Below, piece after piece: positions 1 to 6,722 of a stretch of 14,726 bases of DNA; position 1 is the first letter of the stretch; each line of letters starts with the position of its first letter. The translations under genes and the position numbers were made by a program. A model generated the notes under the pieces. It was not told where the DNA came from. It ran no database searches and saw nothing but the letters and a program-made list of their open reading frames with translations. Source of the stretch: an uncultured bacterium (GTDB lineage Bacteria; Babelota; Babeliae; Babelales; RVW-14). The DNA lies in assembly GCA_963759805.1 (NCBI GenBank), contig CAVXAT010000015.1:1-14726 (forward strand), given 5' to 3'.

Positions 1-284
1 TATAATAATTTGAGCCGCTAATTCTTTTTTTTCGGCATTATAGATTCCAATATTGGCTTCTGGCCAGTACTTTCGAAAAGTCTTTTTCGTTTGTTGAATT
101 AGTTCATCCAGATGAGAAATAATTAGAGCTTTTTTATTGAGATGTTTTGCGATGGCCGCCATCAGGATAGTTTTACCACCTCCTGTTGGAATAACTATAA
201 GTTGACGGTTAATGCCGTTTTGAGATTCTTTTATTACGCAATCAAGAGCTTCTTTTGATAGTTTCTTAGTGCCATTTGATCCAT
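1..284 (-). pseudogene. 5' part of a superfamily 2 helicase (type III restriction Res/DEAD-like), with a 1-nt frameshift near codon 11; runs off the window edge
   Basis: Manual translation: MDQMALRNYQK, frameshift at the T4 run 253-256, then EALDCVIKESQNGINRQLIVIPTGGGKTILMAAIAKHLNKKALIISHLDELIQQT...IGIYNAEKKELAAQIII. Contains a Q-motif (LRxYQ), Walker A PTGGGKT (169-189) and motif Ia (xxELxxQ). SD-like AAGGA precedes ATG 284. Read unshifted, the frame stops at TAA 236-234. Confidence 0.8.
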
Positions 285-380
285 ACAATTTCCTTGCAGT
301 TTTCCTTACGTTTTCATATGTAAAAAATAATTAATAAAAACTATCTTAAATTTAATATATGACTTGAAAATTAAGCGGGC

Positions 381-397
381 CCCACTAAAGCCCACTA
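381..397. repeat. Direct repeat CCCACTA x2 with a 10-bp period in the divergent intergenic region
   Basis: CCCACTA at 381-387 and 391-397, a GC-rich patch within very AT-rich DNA. Confidence 0.5.
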
Positions 398-447
398 TTT
401 AAAAAAGACTGAATTTTACGTGATAAAATCAAGCCCAGAATTCATTT

Positions 448-475
448 TTGACTTTAAAAGCCGTTCTGGTAACTT
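448..475 (+). promoter_or_regulatory. sigma70 promoter for the T-box/aspS transcript
   Basis: TTGACT (448-453), 16-nt spacer containing an extended -10 TG (467-468), TAACTT (470-475). The predicted TSS at ~482 lies just before T-box Stem I (486). Confidence 0.7.
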
Positions 476-485
476 AAATTCGAGA

Positions 486-712
486 GGCGATGACGATGCT
501 GACACATCTGAGCCAAGGAAAGAACGCCGAATTTGATTATCAAGTTTGTTTAGTAGAATCCTTCGGGTGTGCCCGTGATAGCACAAAGTCATACCAGTGC
601 ATGGTGAGGCTGAGGGGTCAGACTGAATTGATCTGGCAAGTAAGGTGGCACCGCGAACAGCAATTCGTCCTTACATATTTATTAGGCAACTTATTAAATT
701 CTGCGGGAGCCA
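486..712 (+). ncRNA. T-box riboswitch, class II/translational type with ultrashort Stem I and Asp (GAC) specifier
   Basis: Stem I 486-514: GGC-GATGAC-GATG-[CTGACA]-CATC-TGA-GCC, a K-turn plus a 6-nt loop with GAC at 501-503. Stem II 515-563: AAGGA/TCCTT with AAGAAC and TAGTAGAA S-turn strands. Stem IIA CGGG-TGTG-CCCG (564-575) with pseudoknot partner CACA (582-585). Stem III GTCAGA/TCTGGC (617-637). Antiterminator-type fold GTAAGG-TGGCACC-GCGAA...TTCGT-CCTTAC (640-674). Sits directly upstream of aspS. Confidence 0.93.
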
Positions 713-715
713 AAT

Positions 716-1540
716 ATGTTTTCAGAACAACGAATTTTATCATCTAATCTTAAGAACTATCTCAATAAAACAGTTAGTGTATCTGGATGGTTGCATAAGA
801 AGCGCAATCTGGGGAAAATTGCCTTTCTTGTTGTACGTGACAGGCACGGGCTCATGCAGATCGTTATTGATAATCAAACAGAAATAGCCAAGCTTGAACA
901 TTTACATCAAGGCTCGATACTCAACATTTCCGGTATGGTTGTTGATGCCCCAAAAACTCAATTTGGTTGTGAATTACACAACGCTTCAATCGAAGTTGCC
1001 GTCGCCGTAATAGATCCAAGTCCAGTTGAAATAGATAAGCCAATTGATCATCGGCAAGAAGTTCTGGCTAACATTTTTGATTGGCGGATTCTGACCATGA
1101 GAAATGTAACAGAGCAAGGCATATTCAAAATTCAATCTGGTGTGAGTGATGCAATTCGTTCATTTTTAACGTCAAATGACTTTGTTGAATTTCACAGTCC
1201 AAAATTACTCGCTGGTTCAACTGAAGGTGGAGCTGAAGTTTTCAAACTTGATTACTTTGGTAAGCAGGCAACGCTTGCTCAATCTGCTCAATTCTATAAA
1301 CAGATTATGGTTGGAGCATTTGAACGTGTATTCGAATTTGGTGCAACTTATCGCGCAGAGCCAAGCATGACATCTCGTCATCTAACTGAATTCATAACAG
1401 TTGACGTTGAGATGGGTTTTATAAATGGCATGGAAGATATTATGCAGACAATCAACGATATGATCCTGCATGTGGAACAAATCGTCTGGCAAACTTACGA
1501 AAAAGAACTGCTCGCACTTAATGCAACAAAACCTTTGCTC
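716..1540 (+). pseudogene. aspS: Aspartyl-tRNA synthetase (short archaeal/eukaryote-like, probably non-discriminating type), 5' part, interrupted by an IS
   Basis: OB-fold anticodon-binding domain (GWLHKKRNLGKIAFLVVRD), EFHSPKL, LAQSAQFYKQ and class II motif 2 YRAEPSMTSRHLTEF. The ORF tail after 1540 (YSDPHCQ...) is IS-derived. Confidence 0.92.
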
Positions 1541-1565
1541 TATAGTGACCCCCATTGTCAAGACA
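1541..1565 (-). repeat. IRR of the IS3 element, containing an outward-facing perfect -35 (TTGACA, 1561-1556)
   Basis: Inverted match to 3245-3269; TGTCAA on the plus strand at 1556-1561. Confidence 0.85.
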
Positions 1566-1594
1566 AATTTTTAACTTATATTTCAGAATTTTTA

Positions 1595-2515
1595 TCAGGC
1601 CATTTGTATCCCCATTGATTTATTTTGTTGAACGATGATTTTGCTATTACATACAAAAGCCAATGATTCGAAAGTAAAATCAGATTGGTCTACTGCAATG
1701 ATAGCTCCATAGTAAACTTCATCTGGTTTTTTATATTCGAGTGATTGGTGAAAGCGTTCTCTATTATAAAAGTTGATATAGTTTTTTATAATTAATCGCG
1801 TCTCAGCAATGTTTTCAAGAACATAAAAACACAGTGCTTCATATTTAATAGTTCGCCAGAATCGTTCAATAATGATGTTGTCTGCCCATCGACCTATTCC
1901 ATCCATACTAATTTTGATACCTTCTTTTTCTAAACGAGCAACCCATCTTTCACTTGTAAACTGGCACCCTTGATCACTATTTAAAATCTCAGGCTTACCG
2001 AGTACGAGAGCCATTTCCAATGCTTCAAGACAAACGTCTGTATCGAGATATGGTGACAATGCCCATCCCATAATCTTGCGACTAAAAACATCGATAAGAC
2101 AAACCAAATAAACAAACCCACCTCTTATTTTTACGTATGTGATATCTGTTTTCCAGACTTGGTTTGGGCGGCAAACTCGTAATCCTCTTAAAAGATATTT
2201 GTACACCTTGTGTTCCTTGTTTGGAATGCTAGTTTTTTTATAAGGGGCAACTGCACAAAGACCTGTCAACGTCATTAGCCGCTGTGTTCTTTTAATGTTG
2301 TGGTTAAAGCTTTTTTCGATAAGAACTTCGTGTATTTTTCGATATCCATAAAATGGATGTCTCTCATATTCGTTGCGTATCTCATCCATAATCACCTCGT
2401 CTTGGTTGTTGGCCTTCTTTGGCTTGTAATAAAGGCTACTTCGATTTATACCGAGCAGATCGCATTTTCTGGACAAGTTCAATTTGTTGTTGTGCTCAAT
2501 CCATTGCTTGCGCAC
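1595..2515 (-). CDS. IS3-family transposase OrfB (HTH_21 plus rve integrase core), expressed as an OrfAB fusion
   Basis: YGYRKI, PNQVWKTDITY (D), NSDQGCQF (D), DNIIIERFWRTIKYE (E) and YNRERFHQSL; the DDE triad is intact. Confidence 0.95.
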   Translation of the reverse strand: MRKQWIEHNNKLNLSRKCDLLGINRSSLYYKPKKANNQDEVIMDEIRNEYERHPFYGYRKIHEVLIEKSFNHNIKRTQRLMTLTGLCAVAPYKKTSIPNKEHKVYKYLLRGLRVCRPNQVWKTDITYVKIRGGFVYLVCLIDVFSRKIMGWALSPYLDTDVCLEALEMALVLGKPEILNSDQGCQFTSERWVARLEKEGIKISMDGIGRWADNIIIERFWRTIKYEALCFYVLENIAETRLIIKNYINFYNRERFHQSLEYKKPDEVYYGAIIAVDQSDFTFESLAFVCNSKIIVQQNKSMGIQMA

Positions 2516-2551
2516 TTGGATATCTAGCGACTGAGCACTTGTACTAAAAAA
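2492..2551 (-). promoter_or_regulatory. Programmed -1 ribosomal frameshift signal joining orfA2 and orfB
   Basis: Slippery heptamer T TTT TTA (2551-2545) in the orfA frame, a 6-nt spacer, then a 10-bp stem GTGCTCAGTC/GATTGAGCAC (2538-2529 / 2501-2492). The -1 frame is open from the heptamer into orfB. Confidence 0.85.
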
Positions 2552-2802
2552 TTGCGCTCTTCCTTTACTTGTTCAAGGTCTGCCAAAATCTTGTCATATG
2601 TTTCTTCTTTTTTAACTTTTCTTTTGTCTGCAAAAAGTTCGTTGCCATGCTCTTCTAGGTGTTGCTTCCATGCATATGCTTGGCATGTTGAAATATTAAA
2701 TTCTCTACAGATGGTATCAACTGATTTGTCGGCCTTTATCATAGCTAAAGCCACCTTAAGTTTAAGCTTGTCATCATGACTTTTTTTCGTGTCATCACTC
2801 AT
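2524..2802 (-). CDS. IS3 OrfA (HTH_Tnp_1-like), frameshift-competent copy
   Basis: MSDDTKKSHDDKLKLKVAL...CREFNISTCQAYAWKQ HTH, C-terminal coiled coil and ERNFL end. ATG 2802 is preceded by AAAGG, a better start than the TTG at 2826. Confidence 0.9.
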   Translation of the reverse strand: MSDDTKKSHDDKLKLKVALAMIKADKSVDTICREFNISTCQAYAWKQHLEEHGNELFADKRKVKKEETYDKILADLEQVKEERNFLVQVLSR

Positions 2803-2850
2803 GAGAATGCCTTTCTTGTAAAGCAAATTTTTAGATTTAACATTCTCATG
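2800..2850 (-). promoter_or_regulatory. Perfect 10-bp inverted repeat that would sequester the orfA2 start codon
   Basis: CATGAGAATG (2800-2809) and CATTCTCATG (2841-2850); ATG 2802-2800 lies in the 3' arm on the mRNA. Confidence 0.6.
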
Positions 2851-2903
2851 CTAATTCATTATTATTGTCGTTGTACACAGTTTATCCATTTGCGTTTATT
2901 GCA

Positions 2904-3179
2904 TTAAAGCGCCCGCAATAATGACTCACGTTCTACAATAAGCTTGCCTATAATCACATGAAACTTTTCAACATCTAAACTTTTTTTTGCAGCCATTTTT
3001 TCACTCGAAAAAACTTCAATGCCTCGATCTTCAAGCCGTTTTTTCCATGCATAAATTTGACTTGTCGCTAATGCAAATTCTTGGCATAATTCAGCTATTG
3101 GCCTATCAGCCTTTATAGCTGCCAATGCAACTTTTAGTTTAAATTTGTTGCTGTGGGTTCTGCTTACTTTGTTACTCAT
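2904..3179 (-). CDS. Second IS3 OrfA-like HTH protein inside the same IS (no slippery site)
   Basis: 29 of the first 57 residues are identical, ungapped, to the 2524-2802 OrfA (KLKVALA.IKAD, C.EF, Q.YAWK). Ends ERESLLRAL* without the TTTTTTA motif. Confidence 0.88.
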   Translation of the reverse strand: MSNKVSRTHSNKFKLKVALAAIKADRPIAELCQEFALATSQIYAWKKRLEDRGIEVFSSEKMAAKKSLDVEKFHVIIGKLIVERESLLRAL

Positions 3180-3244
3180 TTAATGCCCCCCGGGCTCATT
3201 GTTATAACTAATATTTTTAAAGTACTTATTTTCTCAAGTTGCAC

Positions 3245-3269
3245 TGTCTAGTTTTATGGGGTCAGTATA
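3245..3269 (-). repeat. IRL of the IS3 element, beginning 5'-TATACT
   Basis: Inverted match to 1541-1565; lies upstream of the orfA genes. Confidence 0.85.
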
Positions 3270-3770
3270 CTTTCCCCAAAATTTCCAGTCGTGACCTTGC
3301 AGGAGCTGCACGAGCTTTGCTTTGAAAAAACAGGTCAAGACTTTAGAAATGAAAAAGATCCAAGCCCATTTGAAGAACGTTGGATTTGCTCATATTCTGC
3401 AGAGAATTTGGGTAGCGAAGCAGTATTTATTACGGGCTTTCCAGCAAGCGAAATGAAATTTTATCACTATCGTAGTGAATCCAATCCAAGTATTGCTCAG
3501 CGATTTGACTTGATCTTTCGTGGGGTTGAAATCATTACAGGCAGCCAGCGCGAACATCGCTATGACAAGCTAATTGAACAACTCAAGGCAATGGGTGGAA
3601 ATCCTGAAGATTCTGGCTTTCAATATTATCTGCAAGCTTTCAAATATGGGATGCCTGCGCACGGTGGATTTGGTTTAGGGCTTGAACGATTGGCTCAGAA
3701 GATCATTGGACTTGGTAATGTTAAAGAAGCATGTATATTCCCACGGGATATTAACAGATTGGTGCCTTAA
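3270..3770 (+). pseudogene. aspS: Aspartyl-tRNA synthetase, 3' part
   Basis: Open frame from 3270: LSPKFPVVTLQEL...FDLIFRGVEIITGSQREH...YGMPAHGGFGLGLERL (motif 3)...FPRDINRLVP*. It is in frame with 716-1540, and the reconstructed protein is 440-441 aa. Confidence 0.92.
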
Positions 3771-3792
3771 ATTAGGCATAACCATCGTAGCT

Positions 3793-3821
3793 TTGCATTC
3801 TATTCGGTTTACGATTAACAT
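3793..3821 (+). promoter_or_regulatory. Possible sigma70 promoter for the downstream cluster
   Basis: TTGCAT (3793-3798), 17 nt, TAACAT (3816-3821). The AT-rich context makes a chance match possible. Confidence 0.35.
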
Positions 3822-3860
3822 TGAAGATATTTAAAAAACTTAAAAATATAAAAAGGTTCT

Positions 3861-5366
3861 ATGACAAAAAAATTCGTTATTGCCTTTCTGTTTGGTACAT
3901 TTATTTTATTAAGCCTTATTTTTATTATTATGAGGAAAGGACAAGCGATGCCAAAATTTATTTTTCCACAGCCAACAGGTAAATATGCTGTTGGCACCAA
4001 ACTTTTTGAATTGACTGATTTAACACGCAATGATCCAGAAACAAGTAAGCCTAGGGAGCTTGTGGTACAGGTATGGTACCCGTCAGATAGCAAGCTAGGA
4101 AAAGAAACCGCTCCTTATTCCTACGAAGCTCGTGAGTGGTATAAAGCAATCTTTGCTCAACAAGATGTATCAAAAGAAAAGTTACAATTACTTGATGGAA
4201 TTTATACACATACAGTACAAGATGCTTCTGTATGCAATGAAAATGCCCCATACCCGATAGTAATTTTCGCTCATGGAAATGGTGCTCCTCGTGGCGGCTA
4301 TTCATTTTTCTGTGAAGAAATGGCAAGCCACGGGTATGTTGTTGTCATGGTTATGCATACGTATATAACATCTATGACACGCTTTGCAGATGGCCGAGAA
4401 ATCAAGTCGCCAAGAGACATAAATCTTTGTGCCAAGGTTGAGGAATGTTTTGCCGATGTTGAATGTATGCTCAATGAGGCGATATCTGGGGCTTTTGGAC
4501 CACTAACCACCGCTTGTGATTTTAAAAATATCGGAATCATTGGACATTCTCTTGGCGGAATGACGACAGCCCAAGTATGCAGGCGAGATAAACGTGTTAA
4601 AGCTGGTATAAACTTAGATGGAACATTGTGGGGAATCAACTCCACAAAACCATTCCATAAACCATTTCTATATATTCGAACACCCAATTTTTATGCTGAT
4701 ATGAGTGGTCTTATTGAACAGCAGAAAGATTCATTGCAAGCCGTAGGTGTTACTAAAAAAAACTTTATTGGCTCAGTTGAACAATTTTGCCGAGAGAATG
4801 GTAAAGATACAATGCAGATTGTAGTTGAAGGTGCGAATCACATGACGTTTATGGATAATCCAATAGTGCATGGTTTTTTTGCAAAGATTTTTGCGACATC
4901 AGGTGATATAAGTACCACTAAAGCCAACACTATCATGGAAGCACCTGAGATACTGCATATCATAAGAAAATGCGTAATAACCTTTTTGAACAAACATTTA
5001 AAAGGACAGGAGTCTGTGTATCCTCCACAGGTTTTGCATGATGCTGATAAAGAAGATTTTGATTTTTATATCCCTGACCATCATCCTAAGCACAAAAGAA
5101 TAGAAATAGATTCTACTCTTTTGGATGCATACGTTGGTCAATATCGGTTAGGCAAAATGATCTTAACGATCAAACAAGATGGAAACGTGTTGTGGGTACA
5201 GGTAGCTAATCAGCCGGCATACCCCATATATCCAGAATCAGAAACAAAATTTTTCTACACAGTTGCTGATAGGCAAATGTCATTTATTAAAGATAAGCAT
5301 GGCAAGGCGGTACAATTAATTTTACATCAAGCTGGAACTGATCAAGTGGCTAAAAAGATTGAATAA
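3861..5366 (+). CDS. Membrane-anchored/exported alpha/beta hydrolase (PAF-acetylhydrolase-like) with a C-terminal DUF3471-like domain
   Basis: N-terminal hydrophobic segment, PTGKYAVG, VQVWYP, PIVIFAHG, MASHGYVVV, nucleophile GHSLGG, INLDG and GANHMTFMD. The C-terminus reads LDAYVGQY...IYPESETKFFY...MSFIKD. Confidence 0.85.
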   Translation: MTKKFVIAFLFGTFILLSLIFIIMRKGQAMPKFIFPQPTGKYAVGTKLFELTDLTRNDPETSKPRELVVQVWYPSDSKLGKETAPYSYEAREWYKAIFAQQDVSKEKLQLLDGIYTHTVQDASVCNENAPYPIVIFAHGNGAPRGGYSFFCEEMASHGYVVVMVMHTYITSMTRFADGREIKSPRDINLCAKVEECFADVECMLNEAISGAFGPLTTACDFKNIGIIGHSLGGMTTAQVCRRDKRVKAGINLDGTLWGINSTKPFHKPFLYIRTPNFYADMSGLIEQQKDSLQAVGVTKKNFIGSVEQFCRENGKDTMQIVVEGANHMTFMDNPIVHGFFAKIFATSGDISTTKANTIMEAPEILHIIRKCVITFLNKHLKGQESVYPPQVLHDADKEDFDFYIPDHHPKHKRIEIDSTLLDAYVGQYRLGKMILTIKQDGNVLWVQVANQPAYPIYPESETKFFYTVADRQMSFIKDKHGKAVQLILHQAGTDQVAKKIE

Positions 5367-5406
5367 ATAATGAAATCAGAAACGGAAAATTTTATGGCGA
5401 ACATGG

Positions 5407-5931
5407 ATGGCAATAATGATAAACAGATGCACCTTTAGACCGATGATTCAGGAAGATTGCCCAATCATGACTACAGCCATTGATACGCTCGGGTGGAATT
5501 CGCCAGCCAAACCATTCCAGAAATATCTGGAAGAACAATTAAGCGAAACTCGCTTTGTATGGGTTGTTTACTGTGAAGACAAATTTGTTGGATATGTCAC
5601 TTTAAAGTTGAATTCTGATTATCCGCAGTTCAGTCTTCAGGGTATTCCTGAGATCAATGATTTAAATGTACTTCCAGAATTTAGACGACGTGGTATTGCT
5701 TCAAAGTTGTTGGAGTTGGCTGAAAATGAAGCTAAAAAAAGAGGGTTTAAACAAATTGGTTTAGGTGTTGGGTTATATTCAGATTATGGCCCAGCACAAA
5801 GGCTCTACGTGAAAAGAGGATATGTCCCAGACGGTCATGGAATAACCACAAAAAATAAGCAACTTGGATACGGAGACACGACAATTGTTGATGACGATTT
5901 GGTGTTGTGGTTTGTGAAGATGTTGAATTAA
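5407..5931 (+). CDS. GNAT-family N-acetyltransferase
   Basis: Acetyl-CoA motif A (LNVLPEFRRRGIASKLL) and YGPAQRLYVKRGY. The start could be 5407 or 5416. Confidence 0.9.
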   Translation: MAIMINRCTFRPMIQEDCPIMTTAIDTLGWNSPAKPFQKYLEEQLSETRFVWVVYCEDKFVGYVTLKLNSDYPQFSLQGIPEINDLNVLPEFRRRGIASKLLELAENEAKKRGFKQIGLGVGLYSDYGPAQRLYVKRGYVPDGHGITTKNKQLGYGDTTIVDDDLVLWFVKMLN

Positions 5932-5943
5932 AAGGCTAAAGCA

Positions 5944-6717
5944 ATGGTTCTGAATAAATACACAGAAATCAACGAGCTTATCAAAGAGTTATTAAATGGT
6001 ATTCAAGCCGTACTCGGAAATAAGTTGGCAGGCCTTTATCTTTATGGCTCACTTGCAATCGGTGATTTTGATGAAAACATCAGTGATATCGATTTATTGT
6101 GCGCCACAACAACAAATATAGATGAAAATGATTTCGAAAAGCTCGATCAGATGCATAAATGGTTTGTTCAAAAATATGAACAGTGGAATGATCGCCTTGA
6201 GATTGCGTATTTATCGATAGATACCTTACAATCGCCCGTAATTCAACAAGATCAAATTGCCATTATCAGTCCAGGGGAGCCATTCAATATTAAAAAAATC
6301 GGAGCTGATTGGCTGATTAATTTCTACGTTATTCGCGAACAAGGAATAACTATTTGCGGAGATGATTCCAAAAAGATCATTAAACCAATTTCTAAACAAG
6401 AATTTATTGATGCCGTAAAAAGTCAAGCGCTAGAATGGCGTGATTGGATTTCGCATACAAAATATTCTCGTTCGTATCAGGGTTATGCGATTTTAACTAT
6501 GTGCAGAGCCTTATACGCATGTAAGACAGGAAAGCAGCCCTCCAAAATAAATGCCGCTCTGTGGGCTATGAAAGAATTACCGGAATTGACTGAACAAATT
6601 CAAGCCGCACTTCAATGGCGCAAGGAGTATAAGCGTATGGATATAAACCATGAGTCAACATATCCAGAAACACTTAAATTTGTTAATTGTATTATTGATA
6701 TGATTATAAAAGGTTGA
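5944..6717 (+). CDS. AadA/ANT-like aminoglycoside nucleotidyltransferase family protein (pol-beta NTase plus DUF4111-like helical domain)
   Basis: LYLYGSLAIGDFDENISDIDLL, RLEIAY, YAILTMCRALY and SKINAALWA. Confidence 0.85.
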   Translation: MVLNKYTEINELIKELLNGIQAVLGNKLAGLYLYGSLAIGDFDENISDIDLLCATTTNIDENDFEKLDQMHKWFVQKYEQWNDRLEIAYLSIDTLQSPVIQQDQIAIISPGEPFNIKKIGADWLINFYVIREQGITICGDDSKKIIKPISKQEFIDAVKSQALEWRDWISHTKYSRSYQGYAILTMCRALYACKTGKQPSKINAALWAMKELPELTEQIQAALQWRKEYKRMDINHESTYPETLKFVNCIIDMIIKG

Positions 6718-6722
6718 TAGTT

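Larger units (their letters stand above)
1541..3269 (-). mobile_element. IS3-family insertion sequence, 1729 bp, with two orfA genes plus orfB
   Basis: Imperfect terminal IRs match at 17/25 positions: TATAGTGACCCCCATTGTCAAGACA (1541-1565) versus the reverse complement of 3245-3269, TATACTGACCCCATAAAACTAGACA. Flanks are CTC (1538-1540) and CTT (3270-3272), a probable 3-bp TSD. Removing the element restores the aspS frame. Confidence 0.93.

Noticed and set aside
1..284. Helicase as an IS-excision enhancer (IEE) acting on the neighbouring IS3
   Set aside because: IEE has an N-terminal primase-like domain before the helicase, whereas this gene begins directly with the helicase Q-motif.
490..887. 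ORFs 490-747 and 645-887 as a leader peptide or small genes
   Set aside because: They overlap the T-box RNA and the aspS start in other frames and show no protein-like features. The riboswitch explains the region.
1541..3269. TATA as a 4-bp TSD, or canonical TG...CA ends at 1546/3264
   Set aside because: Neither reconstruction restores the aspS frame, and the TG/CA option has no flanking direct repeat. Ends at 1541/3269 restore the frame and extend the IR match.
1541..3269. Self-splicing IStron or intron rescuing aspS
   Set aside because: The element is almost entirely filled by IS ORFs. I see no room for, or motifs of, a group I/II ribozyme.
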